64,000 nucleotides of DNA from Promethearchaeota archaeon (GCA_048939245.1 JBHLPR010000003.1:14266-78265), one strand, 5' to 3'. Counted from the first letter of the stretch, positions 1 to 9,222 are shown. The notes: generated by a model from the sequence alone, not told the origin. Numbers and translations are program-made.

Positions 1-1
1 C

Positions 2-190
2 ACTTTAATTGATAGCTTCGATCAACTAGATCTGATACGTGAATGGGTGGGACCGAAACATTATGTTCTTCAATATTTTCGTCCCAGTAAGACGGTCATA
101 GATTCGACTCTCACTTCATCATTTAGTAAGAATCAACTGGATCAATTTCAACAATACGCACAAAAACACGGCATAACTACTCGATTTTAA
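2..190 (+). CDS. 3' end of a gene truncated by the window start; hypothetical protein
   Basis: Open frame 2 runs from the window edge to TAA at 188-190 (translation ...LIDSFDQLDLIREWVGPKHYVLQYFRPSKTVIDSTLTSSFSKNQLDQFQQYAQKHGITTRF*). No recognisable motif. Confidence 0.3.
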   Translation, partial: TLIDSFDQLDLIREWVGPKHYVLQYFRPSKTVIDSTLTSSFSKNQLDQFQQYAQKHGITTRF

Positions 191-273
191 CACCTTTCGA
201 ATGCAGTGGTCAAGAAGGCTTTAATTTGAAGCCCTCATGTATGATGTAGAATTCAGAAAGCTTTGGGTTTTGT

Positions 274-681
274 ATGTCTGAGTGGATCATAAAACTTGTA
301 AACAATTCCATACATCATTTTGTCGACTTACAAAAAGCCATCGGGCAATATTACGAACTTCAATCTGGTTGGATACATAAACTCCAAGCCTGTATTGAAA
401 CTGAGCCTGCATATTCTGCTCATATCAATCTCATTGACACAATAGCCGGACCAGGTAACGAAAAACTCCTTGCCCCTTTTCTACTGCTTCTTATTACAAA
501 AACACACCTAACCGTAACTTTTCTAGGGGAACTAACTGAAAATGAAACGGCCTACATCGTTGGCGTTTGGCCGAAAAAGTTCCTTCAGATTCTAAAAACG
601 GATAAGGATGCCATTCTTAACTTATTGTATATAATCACAGACCAACCTCAACTCGTAGACAACATTGATGTATATTTCTAA
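274..681 (+). CDS. hypothetical protein (135 aa)
   Basis: ORF in the six-frame track; no family motif recognised. Co-oriented with the next ORF. Confidence 0.4.
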   Translation: MSEWIIKLVNNSIHHFVDLQKAIGQYYELQSGWIHKLQACIETEPAYSAHINLIDTIAGPGNEKLLAPFLLLLITKTHLTVTFLGELTENETAYIVGVWPKKFLQILKTDKDAILNLLYIITDQPQLVDNIDVYF

Positions 682-800
682 GTCCCTTTCAATGTGACTA
701 TTTTCGGACCACTTTTCACCAAAACAGAGTCTAATCATGAAATTTAAAAGAAATCTATATATTATGAGATTCAATCTACTGCGTCGGAGACTCTCAAACC

Positions 801-1451
801 GTGCTTACTGCGCAATTACAACTACCCCGGGATGAACAACCTCAAGGAACATTTCGTATTCTTAGTGTCGAACAAAGACACGAACGCAGTGGACGGGTCG
901 TAATGCTCATTGATGCTGAAAGTATGGGCGAAACAAAAACAGATCTCCGCAAACGCCAATTTACTTATCGAATCCTCGGTGTCACTGATATCCCAATAAA
1001 ACCCGGCTCTTGGCTTCTGAGTCCTCGTGAAGATGTCGGAACGATTACCGAAGTTCAAGAAATAACAAAAAGAAAATCTAGAAAGAATTCGCCCAAACGA
1101 ATTGTACTCAGGGTCCGATTCGATGAAACGGGCCTTATCCGCTTAAACGAAGAGTGGGTGATCTTTAAAAAACAGCCAATCACTCGACGGGAAATGAATC
1201 GTTGGGAAAATCGAATGACCGAAAGTGCATCACAGTACTTTCGCCAAGTTCTTCCAGGTGTATTAGATTCTATTCTCTTTGAACCCACTGAAGGAGTTAA
1301 TGGAGAACAGGTGAAAAGAATCAGACATCTTCAAGATCAAATTCTATATTGGGCCATCAAATCGGCGAAATCTAAGGAATCTGTTAGGTTGACGAGCACT
1401 CATCTTGTTGATGCTACCCGTAAGATTCTCGAACCTTTCGAAAAGAAGTAG
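801..1451 (+). CDS. hypothetical protein (216 aa), basic and charge-rich
   Basis: Long ORF with no confident family assignment. Antisense ORFs 822-1058 and 1055-1288 lie wholly inside it and are presumed spurious. Confidence 0.45.
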   Translation: MLTAQLQLPRDEQPQGTFRILSVEQRHERSGRVVMLIDAESMGETKTDLRKRQFTYRILGVTDIPIKPGSWLLSPREDVGTITEVQEITKRKSRKNSPKRIVLRVRFDETGLIRLNEEWVIFKKQPITRREMNRWENRMTESASQYFRQVLPGVLDSILFEPTEGVNGEQVKRIRHLQDQILYWAIKSAKSKESVRLTSTHLVDATRKILEPFEKK

Positions 1452-1504
1452 GGCATAATACGAAAGGTTTAAGAGTCTAATATTCGCGGCATCCCACGCA
1501 ATGA

Positions 1505-1792
1505 AATTTCCGGGGGGTAACAATCATTCAGTTCTGTCCGAAATGTGGTAGTCTCCTGCGCCCGGAGAAAAATAAAGCTGGTAAAACTATCCTTAAATGC
1601 TCCTGTGGCTACAAATCATCATCTAAGGAGGCAGAAGGGTACAAGGTGAAGTTTCCCATTCGTCACACAGAACGGGACTATATTGTCGTTGTAGAGGAGG
1701 AAGAGGGAAAGAAGCGTAAGAAACGCGAAATTGATGAAGACGAACGACAAGAAATGCTTGAGCTTATGCTGGACCATTTTCCAGATGATTAA
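1505..1792 (+). CDS. possible small zinc-ribbon protein (about 90 aa) lacking a canonical in-frame start codon
   Basis: Frame-2 open frame translating ...IIQFCPKCGSLLRPEKNKAGKTILKCSCGYKSS... (CPxCG...CxCG zinc ribbon) followed by an acidic/lysine-rich tail ending DHFPDD*. No in-frame ATG, GTG or TTG follows the upstream stop at 1502-1504, so the ORF track missed it. Confidence 0.3.
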   Translation, partial: NFRGVTIIQFCPKCGSLLRPEKNKAGKTILKCSCGYKSSSKEAEGYKVKFPIRHTERDYIVVVEEEEGKKRKKREIDEDERQEMLELMLDHFPDD

Positions 1793-1885
1793 TTGTGCAT
1801 CTTTTTTTCCTCTTCAATGAATAACGACTGTCCACCTTGGTACTAGGAATTTCACTCCTCTTTAACTAAAATAACCCACCTACCC

Positions 1886-2671
1886 TCAGACATAGAACGG
1901 AATAGGTCGGTACCCATGATCCTGTGCTACTTGCTCTTCTCTTCGTGCCTCTTTAGCTAACTCGTTTAACTGAGCTTTAATGGCTGATTTATTTTGGATT
2001 AATGATTGGATGCTTACATCAACATCGAGAAATCGATTAATAGCTGAAACCATATTCGCTGCAGCTTCTGGATCAGGGGCTTCTGCAGTAGCTGTAGCTA
2101 ATAAGCAGTATCCATCTAACTGTCGGATAAGGCATTCGTTTAAAATTGCTCCTGCAATTCCAACCACGAGTCCTTTTTGAACCCGAGGTACAGAATACTT
2201 TTCGAGTTCTACCAGAAGATGGGGTTCAGCGGCACCAAAGACTTCTGGAGCTTCAGTCCGTTTCTCTACTCCTATTCCCTCAATGCATACAACTTTTTTC
2301 ACACCTTGTTCTGTTGCCCAATCCAAAATCTTGCTGGCAACAAAGAAGATAGTCTCCAGGGGTAAGGGGAACTCAGAAATTACCGTAATGAGTTGCCCAT
2401 CGTCAGTTGCGTGAATACGGATTGGTAATCGAAGAATTCCACCAAAGAAGGGGGTTACTGGTGGGATGAGAGGTGAACGGATTGCTCCAATCAATTTCAT
2501 GTCCAATCCCTCAATCATCCGACTCGCAGCAATCATTCCTACTAAACCAGGACCTGGAAATCCTATTACTAGGATAGGTTCCTTAGCTAGTTTGATTTTC
2601 TCGACGGTTGATACAATCTGAATAAACGGTTCTCCTGAATGTGTTTTTGGGGTTGGTGGTTTTTTAGACAA
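1886..2671 (-). CDS. PAC2-family (proteasome assembly chaperone 2-like) protein
   Basis: 261 aa. Pattern typical of archaeal PAC2 proteins (ILVIGFPGPGLVGMIAASRMIEGL..., glycine-rich core, coiled C-terminus). Confidence 0.55.
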   Translation of the reverse strand: MSKKPPTPKTHSGEPFIQIVSTVEKIKLAKEPILVIGFPGPGLVGMIAASRMIEGLDMKLIGAIRSPLIPPVTPFFGGILRLPIRIHATDDGQLITVISEFPLPLETIFFVASKILDWATEQGVKKVVCIEGIGVEKRTEAPEVFGAAEPHLLVELEKYSVPRVQKGLVVGIAGAILNECLIRQLDGYCLLATATAEAPDPEAAANMVSAINRFLDVDVSIQSLIQNKSAIKAQLNELAKEARREEQVAQDHGYRPIPFYV

Positions 2672-2765
2672 AGTTTCTCCTTCCTATAAATCCAAATCAA
2701 ACGAGGTTCTTCTAACGGGAGATAAGGATTCCTTTATTCGACTTGAATGTTTCTTTGTACTGCAC

Positions 2766-3053
2766 TTATCCTCTTTGTTCTTGAAGCCAACGTTGAATGG
2801 TGGCATCTTGGTAACCACAATTAGGGCAAGTACTTTTCATCACTCTAATATTGGTGATGTTTACGCGAGTTAACAGGTTATGGCATTGTGGACATGCAAA
2901 GTGTTTCTCTCCGCAAGTTTCGCATTGTCTGACGATGCCATCAGCAGTCCACGGTATTGACCGACGCATCCACTCATCGGTTACTCGACGAAAACTGGTG
3001 CCACCACATTTATGACAGGTCATTTCATCAGATGCCATTGTTCGAAACCACAT
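2766..3053 (-). CDS. double zinc-ribbon protein (four CxxC pairs)
   Basis: 95 aa with CHKCGG, CETCGEKHFACPQC and CPNCGY motifs. Immediately downstream of and co-oriented with nrdD. Confidence 0.5.
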   Translation of the reverse strand: MWFRTMASDEMTCHKCGGTSFRRVTDEWMRRSIPWTADGIVRQCETCGEKHFACPQCHNLLTRVNITNIRVMKSTCPNCGYQDATIQRWLQEQRG

Positions 3054-3132
3054 TATTTCCTTGGCTTCAACTGCGTCATTTGTAAAATTAAAGGGTTTGT
3101 CTTGCCTCTCTTTTAAAAAATGGAGTTGAAGA

Positions 3133-5478
3133 TTACTGAGTGGATTGAGTGCTGGAGGGAATACGAATCTGTTCTTGTTGAGAAGAAGTTGATGAAAGGT
3201 CGCTTGTTAATGGTGCGGGTCCGTTTAACACACGATGCCTTCGTTTCAGTTCCTCGCGTTTACCTGCGTTCCATCCGGATACATTCTGATAGTAGCCAGT
3301 AATTCGGCTAAACCAATCAATATCTGTATGTCCACATTTTGGACACACATCTAGTAAACCACTTGCAGTATTATGGCACCGTTTGCACACGGATAAATCA
3401 CGAGTGTAACTATAATAGCCTAACTGGGTATTCATAGCAATCCGTTGATTCAATTTCATTAATGCATTTGTATCAGGTGCAGCTTCTCCAAGGAACACAT
3501 GGAATATGTTACCACCGGATAGTAGAGGAAACGCCTTCTCCTCAATTGCTATTTTCTTAGCCAAGGAGACCTGTGAGTCGTAATTAACCATAAACCCATT
3601 AGTGTAATAAGCAGGAACAGCTGTTCGCCCTGCTTCTTCCAATTGGTTACGCCAGTTTGATATGTCTCCCTTAACAACTGATTTTGCTTGGCCATTATAA
3701 TGAAGTAGGTCCATTATCGCTAAACGTGTGGAGCATGATTCTGCAGGAGTTCGAGCAACAGCGAATGGCAATCCAGTTTCTTCACTGTAAATCTTCCGAA
3801 TATGTTCCATCTCTGCAATGACGCGTAATCCAAATCGCAAAGCTTCTTGACTCTCATGTAGTTGAGTTCCTGTGTGGTATTGGACCATCTCATTAACTCC
3901 AACAAAGCCGAAAATCGGTGATGAGTTGAGAATGTCAAAAAGTGGTGGAGCTGTGTCACCATTAAATCGTGGTTGTTGGTTGAGAAATGGAAGCATACCA
4001 TTATCCAATTGCTGTTTTATGAACTTGCGTTTAATCATCAGCACACGTCTGGCTAACTCCATTTGTCCGCGAAGGTTCTCAAATAATACAGTATCATCCC
4101 CATTCGCGATATACGCCAAACGTGGCAAATTCAATGTTACGACCTGAAGGCCACCCATAGAGAAATGCGCACCATCTTCAAACATGATCTTCTTTTGAAA
4201 TTCTTCAGAACTAATATCCTCCTCAAGTCGAAAAGCGCAACACTGGTAACAATCTTGTCCTTCGGAATCCCTGTATCCCGGAATTACATTATCGAAGTAA
4301 CTACTACCAAATTTTGCGGAGAGTTTAGTGGCTAAATACATGTTTTCTTCATGTTCGCTTTTAGTGAAATACTCTCGACGAACTCGAATTTCGGGTTTGG
4401 GGAAGCTAAACATCTTTCCCCACGCATCCCCTTCGAGATAGGTCTCAAGTATAGTTGTCATGAATGTTCGAGCCTCATCCTCGTACTCCCCATATGAATC
4501 CGGTCCAACTCTTCCACGATAGACTACAGGGGCATCACGCCAGATTTTGGGAATGCCTGATTCAAGTTGAATGCTCGAGAAGACTAGTTGCCCGCCTCGA
4601 GAGACGTATGTTTCGTTGGCTTCGAAGAGGATTGTTTGAGCAAGCTGTTTAATCTCTCGAGGAGACTTTCCGCGGAGGAAAGGCGCCAAGAATACATTAA
4701 AATTGAAGAGTCCTTGACCGCCGGCGCAGTTTGTTTGGCCGGCTGCCAAGACTTTGATGAGGTGCAATATAGCCACCGTTGGGTACGACGCTGGTTTAGC
4801 AACTGCTGTTCTTTCACCAAGACCATCACACATCAATCCGTATTTGAAGAAGTATCTTGCATCGTAGTCTGCACAGAAGGGTCGGGTCCCAAAGTATTCA
4901 AGGTCATGTATATGAATATCTCCTGCAAGATGCGCGTCAGAAAGTTCAGGTGGGAGCATTAGAAGGTATGCTTCCTTACAAAGCCGATCTGCAATCTTTT
5001 TATGGATTGTTTCAGGGTTAGGCTGCATATTCGCATTTTCATGGGCCTCATAGCCATTTCCGCCAATGATATGACTAAAGTCCCACATAGGAACACCAAC
5101 ACGGGTCAAGGCATTACGATAAACTGCAAATCGTGGGTCCTGCTTTGCTTTTTCAAGAAGTACTTGGTTTTGTATTTCTCGGATTAGAGGAGCACTGACA
5201 AAGGGAAGCTGCATTTGCTTGATTCGCCGCTCTACCTCATTTGCGATGCCCTTGGCTTCCTTTTGACTAATTGAGGGGATTTTAAAAAGTTCCTGGACTA
5301 ACAGCGTTTCTCGGACGAGGGCATCAACAATTTTCTTGGGATTCCAACTGCGAATTAATGCGTCGCTGGTGCGTACCATAGGCATGCCCGCTGCCTCTTT
5401 GCGAACCGCTTGAATCCAACGATCTAGTGATAACGTTCTCTGCGTTGAATCTGTTGCTCTCCTCCTACGCCGGGCCAT
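3133..5478 (-). CDS. nrdD: anaerobic ribonucleoside-triphosphate reductase (class III RNR, glycyl-radical enzyme)
   Basis: 781 aa. N-terminal ATP-cone-like segment. C-terminus shows the class III hallmark zinc site CKRCH...CPKCG followed by SRITGYYQNVSGWNAGKREELKRRHRV (glycyl-radical loop). The true start may be the internal MPMVRTSD (about position 5385), since the annotated start overlaps the upstream gene by 14 bp. Confidence 0.85.
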   Translation of the reverse strand: MARRRRRATDSTQRTLSLDRWIQAVRKEAAGMPMVRTSDALIRSWNPKKIVDALVRETLLVQELFKIPSISQKEAKGIANEVERRIKQMQLPFVSAPLIREIQNQVLLEKAKQDPRFAVYRNALTRVGVPMWDFSHIIGGNGYEAHENANMQPNPETIHKKIADRLCKEAYLLMLPPELSDAHLAGDIHIHDLEYFGTRPFCADYDARYFFKYGLMCDGLGERTAVAKPASYPTVAILHLIKVLAAGQTNCAGGQGLFNFNVFLAPFLRGKSPREIKQLAQTILFEANETYVSRGGQLVFSSIQLESGIPKIWRDAPVVYRGRVGPDSYGEYEDEARTFMTTILETYLEGDAWGKMFSFPKPEIRVRREYFTKSEHEENMYLATKLSAKFGSSYFDNVIPGYRDSEGQDCYQCCAFRLEEDISSEEFQKKIMFEDGAHFSMGGLQVVTLNLPRLAYIANGDDTVLFENLRGQMELARRVLMIKRKFIKQQLDNGMLPFLNQQPRFNGDTAPPLFDILNSSPIFGFVGVNEMVQYHTGTQLHESQEALRFGLRVIAEMEHIRKIYSEETGLPFAVARTPAESCSTRLAIMDLLHYNGQAKSVVKGDISNWRNQLEEAGRTAVPAYYTNGFMVNYDSQVSLAKKIAIEEKAFPLLSGGNIFHVFLGEAAPDTNALMKLNQRIAMNTQLGYYSYTRDLSVCKRCHNTASGLLDVCPKCGHTDIDWFSRITGYYQNVSGWNAGKREELKRRHRVLNGPAPLTSDLSSTSSQQEQIRIPSSTQSTQ

Positions 5479-5950
5479 ATCCGTTGCTCCTCAGAAATGT
5501 TGTAAGAGTTGATTCGTTAAACTGATTATTTGCGAATAGTTCTGATTGATGTAAGACCTTCTGATCAATGACCAGTGCGGGTGTGTTGTAGATATTCAGC
5601 ATCAGTGCATCGACTTGCGCGTCGGGTTCCTCTACCATGCGTACTGTATGCTCAATATTGTGGTCTTGCAGATATTGTTTCAGTGCCTCACATCGAGGAC
5701 ATACACTGCTAGAGTAGACCACACAGACCACGAAAAGATCCCGCCTCCCATCTAATTTCACATCATTCCATAAAAATGCTATTTTAAGTCGGTAGTGATT
5801 TGAATACGCAAATAGCTGGGAAGTCAATTTTTGATTTGGAGAATTCTTGTCTTCGAACGATTCCAGCTTCCCCTTATTGCACCATAGCGCACTCTCACAA
5901 ATTCTATTGTTAGAAAATACGAAAACTCCGCTTATTCGATGATTCATCAA
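5465..5950 (-). CDS. glutaredoxin/NrdH-like thioredoxin-fold protein
   Basis: C-terminal half has VVYSSSVCPRCEALKQYLQDHNIEHTVRMV...PALVID (CPxC redox motif in a Grx-like context). Overlaps the nrdD start and is co-oriented. The N-terminal about 80 aa are uncharacterised and the true start may be internal. Confidence 0.55.
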   Translation of the reverse strand: MMNHRISGVFVFSNNRICESALWCNKGKLESFEDKNSPNQKLTSQLFAYSNHYRLKIAFLWNDVKLDGRRDLFVVCVVYSSSVCPRCEALKQYLQDHNIEHTVRMVEEPDAQVDALMLNIYNTPALVIDQKVLHQSELFANNQFNESTLTTFLRSNGYGPA

Positions 5951-6189
5951 TTAAGATAGATTTTTGCACTGGTGATTTAATGGAAAATGACAAGAAAATA
6001 CGCGCGCTTTGAATTGAAAGAAGCCAAATTAGCCGCTCACTCGCTCTAGGTAACTATGATAGTTCATCCCGCGAGTGCGGTCACACAAATGCCTTCCTGT
6101 CATCGCGGATAAGCGACCAGAGACTTTTCAGCCTATCGATGCACATAAACCTACCGATACCTGATTTCTAATTTAAGGCGAGGAAAATC

Positions 6190-7068
6190 ATGAACGCTGA
6201 TCCATGTATCCACTTTAGTCATCAACTCTATGATTTACTAACTAAGATGATTTCACAAAATCTTACCTCTTCTATTGAACTGGGTGTATTATTTTCGGGA
6301 GGACTTGATAGTAGTGTAATAACTGCAATACTTACCAAGCTTCATCCAGCACCATTTCAACTCTTTGTAGCCGGTATTGAAGCAGCCAAAGATATCAACT
6401 TCGCTAGGAAAGCTGCCGAGGCTTTGAATCTTCAACTTACAATACAATTGTTTACTGCAGCAGATGTAGAAGAGGCCCTCCCAACGATATTGTCTGTTCT
6501 AGAAACTGTTGATGTTTTACATGTGGAATTAGCTATCCCACTTTTCTTTGCAGCTAAGTGTGCTAGCCAATTTAAGATTACAACACTTTTCAGTGGACAG
6601 GGTGCTGACGAGCTTTTTGGAGGATATGCCAAATATGAAAAACGCTTTCTTAACTCAGAAGAATCCACACTTAATGAAATGAAATCCGATCTCCTAACAC
6701 TCTATGATAAAACCCTTCCCTCAATGACCGCCATAGTTTCTCACTTCAATGCACGATTAATTGTTCCGTTTTGTGAACAACCAATCAAGAACTTTGCTGA
6801 CCTAATTCCCTTCTCATGTAAAATAGCTCAAATCTCTAAGAAGGTCATACGCAAACGAATTCTTCGGCTTCTTGCCAGAAATTTGAACCTTCCTTCCCAA
6901 ATAGCTGATGCCCCCAAGCGGGCCCTTCAATATGGATCCGGTACTCATCGTATCCTAAGTCGATTAGCTACTAGCTATTGGCTTAAAAAAAACCCAAAAC
7001 TCTCAAAACGTAAAACAAGAACCCATGCGCGAATTGAGCAATATCTAACTCAGTTTACTGATACCTGA
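6190..7068 (+). CDS. asparagine synthetase-domain protein (PP-loop ATP pyrophosphatase, no glutaminase domain)
   Basis: SGGLDSSV PP-loop motif and GQGADELFGGY motif typical of the AsnB C-terminal synthetase domain. 292 aa. Confidence 0.6.
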   Translation: MNADPCIHFSHQLYDLLTKMISQNLTSSIELGVLFSGGLDSSVITAILTKLHPAPFQLFVAGIEAAKDINFARKAAEALNLQLTIQLFTAADVEEALPTILSVLETVDVLHVELAIPLFFAAKCASQFKITTLFSGQGADELFGGYAKYEKRFLNSEESTLNEMKSDLLTLYDKTLPSMTAIVSHFNARLIVPFCEQPIKNFADLIPFSCKIAQISKKVIRKRILRLLARNLNLPSQIADAPKRALQYGSGTHRILSRLATSYWLKKNPKLSKRKTRTHARIEQYLTQFTDT

Positions 7069-7109
7069 TTTTCCATATCAATAAGCGCATGAAGCCAATT
7101 CATTACTCA

Positions 7110-7499
7110 TCATTTCAGCATTCGCTTCAAACGCTTGGTCATCAAATCGATGATTAATGTAATTGCACCTAACGGAGCATTCCGATCGGCTATCAATGCC
7201 AACACATTGGCTTCGCTGATTCTTCGTACTAGCAAATGCCCTCGTCCACACCGTAGCATCAAATCATTATATTTCCCGATTTTAAGGCTGCTCGCTGTTT
7301 GTTCGGATAGCGCACCAAGTGAAGCTATTGCTGCAGCTAATTCTAATTTCTCTACTTCCCCTTTACCCATAAGCACAATGAGCGGTAATCCGTCAGCTGT
7401 CATGACCGCAGCACTATAAATAAAGGGTTCCCGGCCCACCATTTCCTCTAAATAATTCTCTACTGTCGACATAGCTGAGGCATCGGAAGGTGATTGCAT
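7110..7499 (-). CDS. Roadblock/LC7 (MglB-like) domain protein
   Basis: 129 aa. Matches the Roadblock profile (AAVMTADGLPLIV..., LAAAIASLGAL..., GHLLVRRISEANVLALIADRNAPLG). Confidence 0.7.
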   Translation of the reverse strand: MQSPSDASAMSTVENYLEEMVGREPFIYSAAVMTADGLPLIVLMGKGEVEKLELAAAIASLGALSEQTASSLKIGKYNDLMLRCGRGHLLVRRISEANVLALIADRNAPLGAITLIIDLMTKRLKRMLK

Positions 7500-7655
7500 A
7501 CTTGTCTTCCCTCACTGTGAAGCTTTTAGTGTTTCCCGAAATATAGAACCCCAAAAATAAAGACAAAGATTCTACACCCAATCTTTACATTGTTATTTCA
7601 GTCTGCCAATACTTTTATTAATCACTCTGAATTTTCCTTGTCTACCCGTGCTTAG

Positions 7656-8156
7656 GTGGTTAACTTGTCAGAGAAAGGATCTAAATCCAAGGCGAAAACG
7701 AAGACCGCTAAGAAGTCTAGTGCGAAGGCGAAAACGAAGACCGCTAAGAAGTCTAGTGCGAAGGCGAAAACGAAGACCGCTAAAAAAACAACCAAGACTA
7801 AAAAGACAACTGTCAAAAAAACCAAGAAAAAGCGAAAAACTCAACCACCAACGAAGGCCAAACCCAAAAAGTCCCGCCGATTACCCTTGGAAGCACCGGT
7901 TAAAGGGGTGTTAATGAATTATCAACGTGGAACAGTTACTCAACGACCTCATTATGGGTTAATTCAATTGGAAGGGATAACCTCAGTATCTGACGCTGCT
8001 AAATACATTGGACGGTCCGTTATTCTACATTTCAACGATCAAAAATCCACTCAAGGGCGTATTATTTCTGCACATGGGCGTAATGGAGTGCTCCGAGCTC
8101 GTTTTCGACGTGGTTTAGCTGCTGAAGCGATAGCGAAGGAAGTTTTGGTTTACTAA
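7656..8156 (+). CDS. rpl35ae: ribosomal protein eL33 (L35Ae) with an N-terminal K/A-rich repeat extension
   Basis: C-terminal 85 aa align with eukaryotic/archaeal L35Ae (GRIISAHGRNGVLRARFRRGLAAEAIAKEVLVY versus the canonical [27 protein letters not shown]...). N-terminal about 75 aa is KAKTKTAKKSSA x3 plus a further lysine-rich stretch. Confidence 0.8.
   Translation: MVNLSEKGSKSKAKTKTAKKSSAKAKTKTAKKSSAKAKTKTAKKTTKTKKTTVKKTKKKRKTQPPTKAKPKKSRRLPLEAPVKGVLMNYQRGTVTQRPHYGLIQLEGITSVSDAAKYIGRSVILHFNDQKSTQGRIISAHGRNGVLRARFRRGLAAEAIAKEVLVY
7690..7788 (+). repeat. three perfect or near-perfect 33-bp tandem direct repeats inside the eL33 N-terminal extension
   Basis: aaggcgaaaacgaagaccgctaagaagtctagtgcg repeated twice identically, then a third copy diverging at its end. 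Encodes the repeated KAKTKTAKKSSA peptide. Confidence 0.85.
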
Positions 8157-8239
8157 ACTTTCATTTTCAGTACAAAGAAACCTTTTTTGGTCACTCACCC
8201 CACAAAAGGATATTATTGAAAATGCCTTCTCGAGAGTAG

Positions 8240-8629
8240 GTGCGACGGATGATTGAAAATGAGAATAAGGTGAAGCGCAAGATTCAGCTTAGACCTGTGA
8301 CAGTTAAACACCAAGAAATCTCATTACCTAAAGAAATCATCGAAAAAGCTGAAGCAGCAGAAGCTAAAGAGGCTGTTGAGGAAGAATCAAATCTATCTGC
8401 TGATCAACTCGCGATATTATTCGTCTGCCAACGGGGGCATCAATCATTCATTAGCGTTCTACAAGGGGTAAATAGCACCCGTATTCCCGTGGGTAAAAAA
8501 CCACTCAGAGAAGCTGAGGTTCGCGCCCTCTTAGATGACCTCGAAACACAGGGTTATCTAAAGAAAGCGGAAATACATGACCAACCTACCTGGGCGGCAA
8601 CTGAAAAAGCCCGAGCCTTGGAAACCTGA
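8240..8629 (+). CDS. hypothetical protein, possible DNA-binding (winged-helix-like) protein
   Basis: 129 aa, charged N-terminus. No strong motif. Confidence 0.35.
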   Translation: MRRMIENENKVKRKIQLRPVTVKHQEISLPKEIIEKAEAAEAKEAVEEESNLSADQLAILFVCQRGHQSFISVLQGVNSTRIPVGKKPLREAEVRALLDDLETQGYLKKAEIHDQPTWAATEKARALET

Positions 8630-8720
8630 GTAACATTGTTAATCAAGGCTTTTCAAATTTCTCTAAATGACTATTGTTACTGCTACTAAGGCAGCAATTT
8701 AATAGTCAAGTTCTTGCATC

Positions 8721-8960
8721 CTAAAATTCGGCTGCAATTCGTTCGCCGTAATCGGTCAAGAAGTAAAAAGAGTGATATACTCCTCGACGCTGTTCGACGA
8801 GTCCCGCAGAAAGTAGCCGCTTTAGATGATATGCAGCGGTACTTGGAGGGATATCTAATGCTCTTGCGATATCTCGCAAAAATGTTCGTTGCCCATTTAG
8901 GGTTGTTAAAATTTCTCGACGAGTGCGATGACGTAATACTTTTTCTGTGATCGGAGTCAT
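8721..8960 (-). CDS. winged helix-turn-helix transcriptional regulator (ArsR/Lrp-like HTH)
   Basis: 79 aa: RREILTTLNGQRTFLRDIARALDIPPSTAAYHLKRLLSAGLVEQ is a classic HTH-plus-wing pattern. Confidence 0.55.
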   Translation of the reverse strand: MTPITEKVLRHRTRREILTTLNGQRTFLRDIARALDIPPSTAAYHLKRLLSAGLVEQRRGVYHSFYFLTDYGERIAAEF

Positions 8961-9222
8961 ATTTTCTACCGTCCAGGAATCTCCGCCAACTCGAATGACA
9001 TTTATTTTACGCTCTTAAATATATACTTTGCGGCATAAATACGTACATTACTCGTTATGGGCGTTATATACACTTCATGTCACCTATTCACCAAATCCGG
9101 TTGTGTCCTGATTTGCTATGGCTTAGTGCTGATAAAAACTCATAAGAACAGGAAGGCAGAGTTAAACTAAACATCTTAGTGCACCATGATAGACTTAGAA
9201 ATACCCGCTGGCTGGGGTAGGC

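Noticed and set aside
822-1288. Antisense ORFs 822-1058 and 1055-1288
   Set aside because: Fully embedded antisense within the longer 801-1451 ORF. Typical shadow ORFs.
7648-7914. Alternative-frame 88-aa ORF rich in Arg/Pro overlapping the eL33 gene
   Set aside because: A frame-shifted reading of the same K/A-repeat DNA. The eL33 frame continues into a conserved L35Ae domain, whereas this frame does not.
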